A stretch of 64,000 nt of DNA from Octopus vulgaris (taxonomy: Eukaryota), in assembly GCA_951406725.2 (NCBI GenBank), contig OX597829.1:51894001-51958000 (forward strand). The letters are read 5' to 3'. Shown piece after piece: positions 13,243-26,570 of the stretch. The notes below the pieces were generated by a model. It saw only the letters and a list, made by a program, of their open reading frames with translations. It ran no database searches and had not been told where the DNA came from. Each line of letters begins with the position of its first letter. Position 1 is the stretch's first letter. A program made the position numbers and the translations under genes.

Positions 13243-14895
13243 TATTGGATAAATCAGATGAAATATTTTAAGGAGGAGTTTGATCCAAAGAAGCGTGTTA
13301 CTCTATCTGAACCATAAACTGTAACTTAGTTGACAGTTAGAGGTTAGTGTTTTTGTGCAAGAGTTTGGTGTTAACAAAACAAACAGGTTGAGTTGTTCAC
13401 TGCCATTTCTGTGAAATACACTGATGCAAATGCTAAATCATGTTTGTGCAAGGAGGCGGATGAAAGTTGTGGAAAATGCAAATCTTAAGGAGATGGTGAC
13501 AGTAATATGTCTGTCACTGATCCTGTGGTATAGAAATTCAGAGCGTCACCACTGTCAAGCTAGCTAAGCATGTGAGTATCAAGATTTTCAAAGCAGCGAG
13601 TGATGGATGGTCAGATATTCTCTTGATTTTTCATTCTTCAGTGGGTAGGTGAAATAGATGTCGTTAGATCTTGGTTTCAAATTTCGGTACAAGGCCAGCA
13701 ATTTTTTGGGGGTGGGTGGGGGTGGGGGCAAGTCAATGACATTGAGCCCTGTGCGGAACTGGAACTTATTTAACAACTTCAAAAGGATGAAAGGTAAAGT
13801 TGACCTTGGCAGAATTTCAACTCAAATTGTGAAGAAATGCTGCTAAGCATTTTGTCTGGCATATTAACAATTCTGCCAGCTCGCTACCTGAAACATTTTA
13901 CTCAGTGTAAAAAAAAAAAAAAATTCTGTCAGATTTCCACCTTAATGTCATTAGATATTGATGGTCACAGCATGATTAGCAGATACAGAAGACAGTGACA
14001 TGGGATAAAGTGGAGTTGTTGCTGATAGTAGAAATAATGAAATGATGAAGACAACAAACTGTTACACAAGAGAACCAAACGCTCTGTTATAAGAGAATCT
14101 TTGCTAACACCATTTCACACATTGAAATGCCAACAGAAACTGTATTATCAACATCTCAGAGCCTTAAGGGATTCCATTACCTGAAAGCTGCATCAATAAA
14201 AAAAACATGTGAAACTCAAATTCTTCACACCATTTCTTCCCAACTCTGCTGCAGTCGGTGATGTTGATGACCGAGTCTCTCTTCAATCACCCAATACTAG
14301 AAAAAGGCAGGAGCTGTGGAGCATCAGAGCTCTACTGATTTATAACTGACAGGTTCATCACCTGTACCCTCTAACCTCACTTTCATCACGTCAAGTTCGT
14401 TTGTCATCTTAAGCCATTAAATGAAATTAACAATTTATCTACTGTATTTTAATTGTACATACTGTAATATTAAATAATTTTTTTAGGCATGGCTATGTGG
14501 TATGAAGTATGCTTCTGAACTACATGGTTCCAGGTTCAGTCCCACTGCATGGTACTTTGAGCGAGTGTCTTCTGCTATAGCTTCAGGCTGATCAAAGCCT
14601 TGTGAGTGGATTTGGTTGATGGAAAACTGAAAGAAGCCCATCGTATATATACATGCATGTCTTTGCCTGTGTTTGTCTCCCACCACTGCTTGACAACCAG
14701 TGTTAGTGTGTTTATGTCCCTGTTACATAGTGGTTTGGCAAAAGAGACCAATAGAATAATCACCAGTCTTTAAAAGTAAATAATAAGTACTGGGTTCGAT
14801 TCATTTGGCTAAAAAAAAATTCTTCAATGCAGTGCCCCATGATGGCTGAAACAAGTAAAGAAATAAAGAAAAACGTGTATCTATATTGTTATGTG

Positions 14896-15150
14896 GTGGC
14901 GTGTGGCTTAGTGGTTAGGGTGTCAGTATCATGATTGTAAGATTGTGGTTTCGATTCCTGGACCGGGCGACGTGTTGTGTTCTTGAGCAAAACACTTCAT
15001 TTCATGTTGCTCCAGTCCACTCAGCTGGCAAAAATGAGTAACACTGCGATGCTCTGGCATACCGTCCAGCTGGAGAATGCATAGCCCATAGAAATCGGGA
15101 AACCAGGCCCATAAGCCTGGCTAGGCTTTAAAAGGGCGCATTTATTTTTT
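14896..15150 (+). mobile_element. tRNA-derived SINE, family C
   Basis: TGGCTTAGTGG A box, GGTTTCGATTCC B box, TTGAGCAAAACAC core; a related core lies in reverse at ~63600-63725. Confidence 0.6.
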
Positions 15151-16042
15151 TTTATATTGTTATATGATGTTTACAGTATTTATTTGTATTTTTGTTGCTG
15201 TGTTTCATACCCAGCATACCTCATATATATATATTTTTCATGTAATTTTCATAAATGTATAATATTCTTTTCTACTCTTGGCACAAGGCCCAAAATTTTT
15301 GGGGAGGGGGCCAGTCAATTAGATCGACCTCAGTATGCAACTGGTACTTAATTTATTGACCCCGAAAGGATGAAAGGCAAAGTCGACCTCGGCGGAATTT
15401 GTACTCAGAATGTAAAGACAAATGAAATACCGCTAAACATTTTGCCCAGTGTGCTAACATTTCTTCAAGCTCGCTGCCTTATAAATATATAATGTTAACC
15501 CCTACAGCTGTTAACTTAAGAAGCCAGGCTAAAACATTCCAATCCCCCTCTTAGGACATTTTAATGAAGCTAGTGTTTTATATCAGTTTACTTAATTAGT
15601 TGTGTTATATACACTCTACTAGGTGGTTGGTGTTAGGAAGGGCATCCAGTAAAAGCCATGCCAAAACAGACACAGAAGTCTGGGGCAGTCTTCTGCTTAG
15701 CCAGCTCCTGTCAAAACTGTCCAACTCGTGCCAACATAGAAGGCAGATGTTGAACTATGATGATAATGATGATTAATTCCCATGTGAAGCATTAAGTATT
15801 TAAAATAGTGGAAAGTTGTGTGATTATAGATCTGGAATCCTGACAAAAAGCATTGTGCTGTGCCAAAATGCTAAGCTCATTACTTTCATTGAAATTAGGT
15901 ATTATCGTTAATTAGAATAACTTGTCAACTAGTGAAAGTAGGAAAAAAGAGGGAAAACAAGGACTTTGAAATATATTTAAATGTCTCTCAGCAAAATCGT
16001 TCGCTTATAATCTTGGTAAAATGGGTTCCAAAAAAATGAGCA

Positions 16043-16860
16043 TCAGGTCGTCCCATAAGTTCTGTCCAAATTTTGAATACATAAAACAAGTGATCAAATG
16101 TTATATTTAATTGAAATTTAATCATCAATTTGATCATCTATGACTTCCTTCCATCTATTTACAAGCTTTTTAATCCCATCAATGTAAAGCTTTCTTGGTA
16201 GACTTGAGCATTGATTGTTGCATTAGTGATAACAATTCGAAGAGAATTACTCCTTTGCAATCCTACCAGATAGAGAAGAACCTTTTTTCCAAGAAGTTCT
16301 CTTCTCAGTTGTAGTTGGGCTTTTTCCATTTTACCAACTACTGTTTATGATGTTTAACATTTCGATAGAAGATCCATTTTCCATCACCAGTCACAAGTCT
16401 ATCCAAAAAGGGTGAAATTAGTTTGCGAGAATGGAGAGAAGAGCAGATGTCAACTCGAGATTTGCAGTTGCTTTTGGACAATTTATGGGGCACTCATTTT
16501 CCAAGTTTAGGAACCTTTCGATCTTCATCTTCAAGGCTGAAATCTCCACTTCTGAATTTTGCAAACTATCTTCTGCAAGTTCTTTCATTCAAGCATTCTT
16601 TTCCATAAACTGAGTGTATGTTTCAAGTTGCTTCGGCTGCATGTTTCCTTTTTTTGTGCTCCTAAAGCCTTAAATCTCTTTGGATACTTCCATGTTAGAA
16701 AGGGTTTTAATTAGTGAAATTTTAATTCTATTATTCTGTAAAATAATATTTAATTAGTTTAAATGTACACAAATGCATAAAAATAATTTTTAATTCCATT
16801 AGACATTCTAAAATACTATTGAAAAAGGTAAAATCGGACAGAACTTATGGGATGACCTGA
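16043..16860 (-). mobile_element. Internally deleted mariner (Tc1/mariner) element
   Basis: TIRs TCAGGTCRTCCCATAAGTTCTGTCC at both ends; minus strand encodes KLGKWVPHKL and FLDRLVTGDGKWI remnants with stops. Confidence 0.88.
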
Positions 16861-17784
16861 CACTTGTATGAATCATTGGACTACAGTCATACTTGGGGCT
16901 TCACCTTGAAGAATTTAATCAAACAAATTGACCCCTGTACTTGAACTTTGATTTTTAAAGACTGGTACTTATTCTCTTGGTCTTTTTTTGCCAAACTGTT
17001 AAATCACGGGGATGTAAACAAATGAACATTGGTTGTCAAGTAGTGGTAAGGGACAAAGACACAGAAACAGGTACACACACACACACATCCCATGAGTTTC
17101 TTTCAGTTTCCATCTACCAAATCCTCTCATAAGGCTTTGGTTGGCTCAGGGTTATAATAAAAGACACTTTCCAAAGGTGCTACACAGTGAGACTGAACCC
17201 AAAGCCATGTGGTTGGGAAGCAAGCTTCTTACCCTTCAGCCTGCTCCTATATATTGTTAACTCCATTACTTGGAAAAGATACATGACTTCATTATTCTAG
17301 ATTTTTTTTTTTTAGTCATTTTAAGCACTAATTTGAGACAAAAAAAGTTATGTTTAATATCACTTTCATTCTCCCTAACATCAAAAATTAATTCATCTGT
17401 CATCACTGTTTCATCATCATCGTCATCATAACATCTGCTCTTCCGTGCTTGCAAGGGGCCAGTGAAAATATGTTGGGGGAAGAGTTTCTGTGGCTGGATG
17501 CTCTTCCTGTTGCCAACCCCTACCCATTTCCAAAATGAGGTCATAATGCTCCAGAGCTTGAACAAGAAGCAGCCTGAGCATGTTTATGTGGAGAAATGGA
17601 AGAGAATGGTACCGTTTGTGAAGTCGTTGTTTCCAAACAGTGAGTGAAACGCATAAACATGTGCATGTGTGTTGCAGTAGAAGACACCCACTGAAGGTTC
17701 CATGCAGCAGGAGTGAACCTGGAACCAAAGTGGTTGGGAAGCAAGCATTTTAACTGCATAGCCATGACTATGCCTTTGGTATTT

Positions 17785-18232
17785 CATCATCATCATTTAG
17801 CGTCCGCTTTCCATGCTAGCATGGGTTGGACGGTTCAACTGGGGTCTGTGAAGCGAGAAGGCTTCATCAGGCCTAGTCTGATCTGGCAGTGTTTCTACAG
17901 CTGGATGCCCTTCCTAACGCCAACCACTCCGTGAGTGTAGTGGGTGCTTTTTACGTGCCACCCGCACAGGTGACAGATGGAGCTGGCAAACGGCCCTGGA
18001 CGGATGGTGCTTTTTACATGCCACTGGCACGATGCAAGTCAGGGCCGCGCTGGCAACGGCCACAAACGGATGGTGCTTTTTAAGTGCCACCGGCACGGGG
18101 GCCAGGCGAGGCTGGCAACGGCCACGAATGGATGGTGCTTTTTACGTGCCACCGGCACGAGGCCAGTCTGGGCGGCGCTGGCAACGGCCACGAACGGATG
18201 GTGCTTTTTATGTGCCACCGGCACGAGGCGAA
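17785..18232 (-). mobile_element. 5'-truncated RTE 3' UTR/tail with five tandem ~60-66 nt units
   Basis: (CAT)n tail and a terminus matching the RTE at 29257; similar tails at 22766-22960, 23657-24050, 50846-51001, 55717-55923, 58519-58844, 59374-59537. Confidence 0.8.
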
Positions 18233-19722
18233 AATGTAAAATATTTTAAAGCATACAGTAAATTCAAAGTTTGGTCATTGTAAAGCTATTGTTTAGTCTC
18301 AAATTATCTCTGGTTGAGCAAGCATTGGGTAAAAGACGTTTCATGCAGTCTCACAGTCTATCTTGAACTACATTAACCTGTGTGTTTCTTTTTTTATTAA
18401 TTTTTACTTTCTAATTGTAAGAGGGTAACAAGGTGTGATTCGAAGTATGTTTGGTTACTTTTTCTAGCAAGTCAAGTGAACAATTAGTGGTGAAGTGGTT
18501 GTTGCAGTTGACAACAGATATGATTGAAATATACTGCATGAACTAAAACAAACAGCGTTAATGAGAATAAACACAATCGGACAAAGCACACAAAAACAGA
18601 GATAAGAGGTTAATTGGCTGGAGAAATTTGAGACTCTTTTCTTCTGTGATTAAAGGTTGGAATCTTTTCTGAGAGGCAGTTGAATAATAGAATTTTAGCA
18701 AAATGGAAATGTATGCCCTCTCCCATTTATGCTTTGAAAGTATATTCCAATTAAGATCAAAAGATATGAAATTTTTCTTTAGCAACCAGTTGTATGAAAC
18801 CAGAGAATTTTGTATACTTTTGTATGAATTCCTATTATATACTTTTTGTATGAAATGGGCGAGATGAAAGCTTGGATTTAAAGTGGGGGGGGGGGGGGGT
18901 GAAGTGAAAACAATGTGTAGTCTTTAGAGTTGTCATGGTAACTATACAATTGTGCATATAAATATCATTACCAAACAGATTCCAGAGGGTATTTATTACT
19001 ATCAGCATCTTACTGGTTACCCATTTTGTCCTAGTTATTAAGTCAAGAGAGGCTAGAATAGGTTAGATAAGGTTCAAGTAGCAATAAGGAGAGTGTGAAA
19101 GTTTGATGGTATTTTTTAAAGATTTGGTGATACAAGAGTGTATCTCATCATCATTGTTTTATCATTTGCCTTTCCTGTATATGTGTGTGCGTGTGTAGGT
19201 GTGTGTAAATATGAAATGAAAGTGTTGGAAAAACTTAATCTTATAATTTTGAAGTGTTGATTAAAATTACAAGGTTCAGAATTTGGAAATGGTTTTAATC
19301 TGCAATATTGTTTAGCATAGAAAAAAAATATTACTATAATTTTTGGATAAAATCTAATTCTAAGTTGAGATTTATAAAAGTAAATGATCAAAAGTGACTG
19401 CTGGTTTTAAAATCCAACAGATCCCTTAAAATAGATCATCTCCTTTTTAGTCACCGGAATTACAGAAATCAGTGAGAAGATAAAATATTAAAACATACTG
19501 CCCTGAAAGTGTTATTAAGTGATATTAGATTGGAACTTTATTAGGATTATAATATTACTTTTAATCTTGTTAGAAAAAAAAATATTTACTCACAGATCAG
19601 TTGATGTATGTAGTGTTTACTAAAATAATTTTCATTTTGAACTTTTAAAGCTGATTCCCTTATCAGTGACGAAAAAAAATTTTTTGTAATATACATTATA
19701 ATAAAGAAAATTATTTTATTTT

Positions 19723-20026
19723 AGAAAATTACTATTTGTAAATCTCACAATGAGAGATATTCAGCAACAGTACTTTGTAGTATAGATTATTTGTCAACAT
19801 AACATGGCAGTCCTGGTTTAGGACGAATGTTGCTGTAATTTAGCCCCAGGAGACATCGTCCCCCAGCTGGTTATATGACACAATCTGTGTCCTTATGTTT
19901 GAAAATATTAGGACACAGATCGTATCGTATAGCCAGCTGGAGACGATGTCTCCTGGGGCTAAATTACAGCAACATCCATCCTAAACCAGGACTGCCATGT
20001 TATGTTGACAAATAATCTTTACTACA
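19723..20026. repeat. Fold-back derivative of an interspersed repeat (arms 19776-19900 and 19902-20026)
   Basis: About 125-bp imperfect inverted arms centred at 19901; an unfolded relative lies at 35191-35458. Confidence 0.8.
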
Positions 20027-20115
20027 TTATTTTATTTTATTAAATACAAAATATATTCTCCGTAATCTTTTTACAAGTCTAATTGTAAATGTATGATTTT
20101 TGTTTACTTTTCCAG

Positions 20116-20187
20116 CCAGCCGATTCAGAAGTAATGCATACAAGAATTTCTCAACCTCCTGGTGGCCATTGCCATCAACTTTGGTGA
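20116..20187 (+). CDS. Jupiter/HN1-family protein, terminal coding exon PADSEVMHTRISQPPGGHCHQLW*
   Basis: Acceptor tttacttttccag; C-terminal R-x3-PPGG-x4-LW-stop matches the Jupiter/JPT family terminus. Confidence 0.8.
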   Translation, partial: PADSEVMHTRISQPPGGHCHQLW

Positions 20188-21840
20188 TTTTGCTTGTTCA
20201 ATTTGAAGATTTCAAAAATGTAAAAGTTTTGGCATACAGCAATTTGTGTACTTTTAATACCTTAAAGGCACTTTAATATTGTTGATTCTTTTTAGCTTTA
20301 ACAATTTCTCTCAAATATCAAAGTATGTAGCCATTCATAAACTTCAAAGTTTTACATTTTAGGTTGAGAGTTTTAATTCTATTATTGCAAATCAAACTAC
20401 TTGGCAACTAAGGTTGATTTTATTCATTGTATTTAATCAACAAATAAGTATTTTGTTTGATTTTGTTTTTGTATTTTTGAAACCTGAATATACACTCGTC
20501 TCGTGTATTGGACCCTTGCAGAAAGGACTGGAATGCATGTATGGTGCATAAATGTGGAAGTATTCTTATTGGTAGCTCCCATCTAAACTAAAGATCAAGA
20601 AATACTATGTTCTGTTAATCAAATATAACAAAAAAAAAAAATCAAAAAAAAAGAAGCAATATTTCAAATGATCATTTTCTTTGTATATTTCCATTATTTT
20701 GTACTTGATTAAAGTTTATGGTCTGTTCTTCATGATGCACACTTGGTAGGCATATATATTTGTAACACTTCAGTAGTTAACTAGTCTATAAAGCAGAATG
20801 AATTGAGGTAGAAACCTTAGTTATTTATTCCTAAACCTCATCAGCATGTGTTACTTTATTCTAAAAAATATTGCTGCACATTTCAACTTTAATTGAATTA
20901 TCTTAATTGTTATTCTCCCTTGAAAGCTTATATAAAATGCTTGACTTTGGGAAAAGAAGTGTGTGTTTGTTGGTTTAATTTTATCTTTTGGAGGAAAATA
21001 CAAACGATTCAATATAGTTTTCAAAAAACTTCCATTCATACTGTTTAGATATAGTTAAAGCCTTCAAAATATGTGTAGCCAAATTTTGTTTTTAACATTT
21101 ATGTTAACATTTTTTTTTACCACAAATTTATAGATCTATAAAAGCTTTTATTTGCTGTCAAAGATGACTTCATAACTTTTGCTTCATTAAAGAAAATCAA
21201 CACAATCTTGCATTTAGTATTGATTTTTCAATGGCAAAAACTGGCTTTTTTTGTAGTGGCTTTTCACAAGAGAATGCAAATCTGAATTGTTCCACTTGAA
21301 TCAAAAATACAAATGCAACCAAGTGTTGTTACTTTTTACAATGATTTAATTTATTATTATTATTATTATTATCATTATTTCAAATATTCAGTTGACTTTT
21401 TTTCAACATTTCACAATTGGATTTTTACAACTTTTCCAAACAATGATTTTTTAACTGCTTTTTTTTTTTTTTTTTTTTTTTTTGTAAGATACAAAATTTG
21501 TATTAAATCCTAGAGCTAGCCTTATACTTGAATATAATTGACTTGATAGTCTATGTTGGCTATTTGAAAATATGTATAATTATATAAAATGTGAGATAAG
21601 GGAGATGATGAAGTTTTTGCCAAATGGCTTATACTGGTTTATTGCCAAATAATGAACACATTCAATACACTTCAAATCTTTATCACTGGGATGTCATGAA
21701 TGTCATTCTTTCATGGCCTTATATGTAACTTTATTTTTAAAATTGTATGGATTTTGTCATTGCAAAGTACTCAGGCCTAACTTTTAATTTTTATAACTTT
21801 TATTGAGAAATAAAATTCTTTTATTTAAGAACAAATGTTT
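20188..21840 (+). other. Probable long AU-rich 3' UTR of the Jupiter-like gene, with polyadenylation signal AATAAA at 21809-21814
   Basis: About 1.6 kb with no recognisable interspersed repeat; AATAAA is followed by a T/GT-rich tract and repeats resume at 21964. Confidence 0.45.
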
Positions 21841-21967
21841 CTTTTCATATTCATTGAGTGTTTCTTCGTTTGTCTCGTTAAGCATGTGTTTCTTCTTTAA
21901 CATAGATTTAACAGGGAAACTTACGATTCATCGTTTTCTCCCTAAGTTCATTTAACTTTCAGTTTAA

Positions 21968-22179
21968 CCCTTTAGTGTTCACATTTTTCTGCCAAAATTA
22001 ATCCTTTTTCATCCACATTGTTTTGAACTAATCATGCATTAATCTTGTAGCTATGAGATTTTGATGAGGTAGCTGTTAATTTTTAAAACGATATTGTAGG
22101 GTTGGTGTGAGAGACCAGATCTGGCCAGTTTGAACATAAAACAGGCAGAATACCTATGGCCGGTTTAAATGCTAAAGGG
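21968..22179. mobile_element. piggyBac-type MITE (second family)
   Basis: TTAA-CCCTTTAG...CTAAAGGG-TTAA; relatives at ~23020-23223, 55460-55653, 57891-58125, 59694-59912. Confidence 0.7.
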
Positions 22180-24919
22180 TTAAACCTGTGGTTCTCAACT
22201 GGGGTCCATATAAGATTTTGCTGTTAAAATTTATGTGCAATAAATTGGTTATTCTACCACAATGCACCAAATGTTTTAACAGGTTTTTTTATACAATTCT
22301 TAATAATATTTATACATTTACTGAAGTAACTTTTCCTTTTTTTTTTTAATACATAATTTGGCCTAATTTCTAGTTGTGTAGACTAAATCAGCTCATCCAA
22401 TGCTGACCTAGACTAAGCAAGTATTGCAGCCTTGACTGTTCCATTTTTGTATGTTTCTGACTACAATATTTCTTATAAAATGGTATGGTTGGGTTTGACG
22501 AATGTTATTGAAAGTCAAAGAACTGTCCTCTTTCTTGTTACCTTTCTCTCAATCCACTCTATGGGGTGGTTGGTGTTAGGAAGGGCATCCTTCTGTAAAA
22601 GCCATGCCAAAACACACGGAAGCTTGGTGTAGTCTTCTACTTGGCCGGCTCCTGTCAAACTGTCCAACTTATACCAGCATGAAAGGCAGACATTAAGTGG
22701 TGATGATAATTTGATTATAAAAATGTATGATTTTTTTTGAAACATTGAATGGCTAGGAGGGTCTATCATCATCGTCATCATCATCGTTTAACGTACGTTT
22801 TCCATGCTAGCATGGGTTGGACGGTTTGACTGGGGTCTGGGAAACCAGGGGGCTGCACCAGGCTCCATTCTGATCTGGCAGTGTTTCTACAGCTGGATGC
22901 CTTTCCTAACGCCAACCATTTCGTGAGTGTAGTGGGTACTTTTTATGTGCCACCGGCACCTAAGTAGAATAAGAATCAAAGGTGTTCCATGGGTAAAAAG
23001 TGGTTGAGAAACACTGGTTTAACCTTTCAGAACAGTCTATCAAATCTAATGTTTATTTATTCACGTTATTTTGAATGGATCATGCATTATCTCATAGCTT
23101 TGAGATTTCATTGATGTGATTGTTTATTTTTAGAATGACATTGTAGCGTTGGTGAGAGATGCCAGATCTGGACTGGTAGAATATTGAGGCCAAATATGGC
23201 TGGTTTCAAATGTTAATGGGTTAAAACAAACTGTCGATTTTTATCATTTTTAATTAGCTTTTAGTAATTGCTAGCAGAATGAAATATGGTTAACTTGGAA
23301 ATAATTTTTCTTTTCATTTTGCCTTTCAGTCCCCCACTTTTTTTTTTATGTTCAAACCAGCAAAATCTGGCCAGGTCTGGCCTACAAGGCAATGTTTTTC
23401 TAAAACTAAACAATCACATCATCGAAATCACAAAGCTACATGATAATGCTTGATTAGTTCAAAACAGGATGAATAAATAAGAGTTACATTTGACAGTAAT
23501 CTGAATGATAAAGGGTTCAACAAGTGGATATCTTCTTGAACTCATGCTTAGAAAGAATACGACAATAAATGCTAGTCTCATTGAAAAGGTCATCAATGCT
23601 TTAGTTATGTAAGTGAGGGGCACTTTGGAACATGTTAACTCATTTTACCATCTCAAATCATCATCATCATCATCGTTTAATGTCTGTTTTCCGCGCTAGC
23701 ACGGGTTGGACGGTTCGACCGAGGTCTGGGAAGCCAGGGGCTGTTCCAGGCTCCAGTCTGATCTGGCAGAGTTTCTACGGCTGGATGCCCTTCCTAAGCC
23801 AACCACTCCGCGAGTGTAGTGGGTGCTTTTTACGTGCCACCTGCACAGGTGCCAGGGGGTTCCGGCATCGGCCACGATCGGTTGGAGCTTTTAACGTGCC
23901 AGTGGCACGGAAGCCAGCCAAGGTGGCGCTGGCAACGTTCGGATGGTGCTTTTTATGTGCCACCGGCACAGAAGCCAGTCGGGGTGGTGCTGGCATTGGC
24001 CACGTTCGGATGGTGCTTTTTATGTGCCACCGGCACAGGCATCACAACTACTATGTTGCATATAACAAATGGCTAGTTAATATAGAACACCTAATTGACA
24101 AAACTGGTAACGTTACAATCTGGATTGATTGTATAGCTAGCTGAATATTACAACATTTAAAAATATCAAGGACAAGTTTCTACATTAGTGTAGACGTAAT
24201 TTTTTTAGAAAATTGAAGCATAGATAGTAGTTTGGATATAAGTGGGTTAGAGATTTGTCTCAGTGAAGAATAATATTTGTGGTTTGCATGTTAGGGATTA
24301 GTTGCTGGTGGCACAAAGAAAGGAATTAATTGCAGGTTTTACAAAAAAAAAAAAAGGCCAAGTACATGCTGTAAAGTGGGTGATGTCAGAAAGGACATCC
24401 AGCTGTAGAATTAAGAAGTTTCAAGAAACAAATTCCAGCAATTATTTGCTGTAATCTTTCATAGTAAAACTTCGATTTTTTTTGCAATGCAATAATTAAG
24501 AGGATTTAAGAATAATACTTTTCCAGTGCAAAAGGGCTGAATTCATTCAAAGTTGGAGGCAAGTATTCCCTTTTTTTTTCTTTTTTACTTGTTTCAGTCA
24601 TTAGGCTGTGGCCACGCTGGGGCACTGCCTTGAAGAATTTTCAGGCATATGAATTAACTCCAGGATTTATTCTTTAAAGCCTGATAATTATTCTAAAAGT
24701 AGAAACTGGAACACGATGCAGTCCTTGGATTCATTGGATCCTGTCAAAACATTCACTCTATGCTAGAATGGAACACAAATGCTAAAGGATTCTGATGATG
24801 GTGATGGCAAAGAGCAAGAATAGACTTAGGGTTGATGGCTAACTACAAGAATAACTCACTGAAACTGAGTGACTTTGGGTAGCCCTCACTCCACCCTCTA
24901 CAATTTTGCCCTAATTAGA

Positions 24920-25150
24920 AAGATGCACTTGACATCGAAGGAGAGGAGCTTTCTCCGTCCGGGTTGCGGATCCGTGGAACAAGCTGCCAGACGAGATGGT
25001 GAAGATGCTGACGACCGCTTGGTTCAAAGTCTCCCTTGACCTCAAGTGGCCTGAACTCTTTACATGAGCACCACCATGTACATAACTCCATGTCCCCCTA
25101 CATGGCCTTGCTTTTTGCTTTTGAGCCAAAAAATTAACTAACTAACCAAC
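24920..25150 (+). mobile_element. CR1-group LINE 3' end fragment
   Basis: RRRGAFSVRVADPWNKLPDEMV...FKVSLD C-terminal motif, short UTR, (ACTA)n tail. Confidence 0.75.
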
Positions 25151-26340
25151 ATAAACTAGAGGGAGAGAGAGGATAAACGGATTCTTGGCCTCATTATGGT
25201 CTTGCAGCTGTTGTTGAGGAATAATTCCCATTGGTTTCTCTCAGTAGCACTGCTTAAGGAGAAATGTATTAAAAGCTACAAGATGAGAAACTTATTTTCA
25301 AATCTCTAGCTTGCTAAGCATATAAAAATTTGGAGTTAGCCATTTCTCTTGAAATAGTCTATGGCAGTGGGTCTCAACCTGTATGATATTCAGGCCAGAT
25401 CCAAAACCTGGATTTTTTTAGGGGGTCACATGGAAAAAAGTAAAACAAGCCAAAAATATGTTTATAGAGGGGAAATTGTTGGAGACCACCAAAAGGATGT
25501 TTAAGGGTCAACATGCGGGCCTGTGAGTCAGCTGAGAAGAACCTCTGGTCTAAGGACACTCATGGATATTATTCATTGGGTTTCTTTTATTTGTTTCAGT
25601 CATTTGACTGCGGCCATGCTAGAGCACAACCTTTAGTCGAGCAAATTGACCCCGGACTTATTCTTTGTAAGCCTAGTACATTTTCTATCATTCTCTTTTG
25701 CTGAACTGCTAAGTTACGGGGACGTAAACACACCAGAATTGATTGTCAAGTGATGTTGGGGGTACAGACACAGATACACAGACACACATATATATACGAC
25801 GGGCTTCTTTCAGTTTCCATCTACCAAATCCACTCACAAGGCTTTGGTCAGCCTGAGACTATAGCAGAAGATACTTGCCCAAGGTGCCATGCAGTAGGAC
25901 TGAACCTGGAACCATGTGGTTGGTAAGCAAGCTACTTACCACACAGCCACTCCTGCACCTATATTTGTTTATTTACATTTCAGAATGACTGAATTCTTAC
26001 ATACAGTGGTTTATTATTTGCAGTGTAATAGTCTGGGGAATTCCTCAGTGTATCTTATTCATTTAGCTCAAGATCATTCTTGATGATCAAAAACATCCCA
26101 TCCATATAGCCTCTCATTTATAATGTATTTTTAGCACTATGTTATCAAATGTGTGTTTCCTTACGAAAGGGATAGATTTGGCTGCTATTTTCGGCAGTTC
26201 ATGTGATCCCAAAGAAGCTTCCTTGCTGACTTGTAGGATGCCAGAAATGGCTAAGTACAACAACACAGAGCTCACAGTGAAATAAATAACATTGAAGACA
26301 CCAAATGTTGGATAACCCGGATGAGCCCACAGTTGTTTTT

Positions 26341-26539
26341 AGGTGCAGGAGTGGCTGTGTGGTAAGTAGCTTGCTTACCAACCACATGGTTCCTGATTCA
26401 TTCCCACTGTGTGGCACCTTGGTCAAGTGTCTTCTACTATAGCCTTGGGCTGACCAAAGCCTTGTGAGTAGATTTGGTAGATGGAAACTGAAAGAAGCCC
26501 ATCATATATATATATATATATATATATCATCATCATTTA

Positions 26540-26570
<31 letters not shown>

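Noticed and set aside
17940-18230. Repeat-spacer pattern resembling a CRISPR array
   Set aside because: The spacers are related to each other, the context is a eukaryotic RTE 3' UTR, and there are no cas genes.
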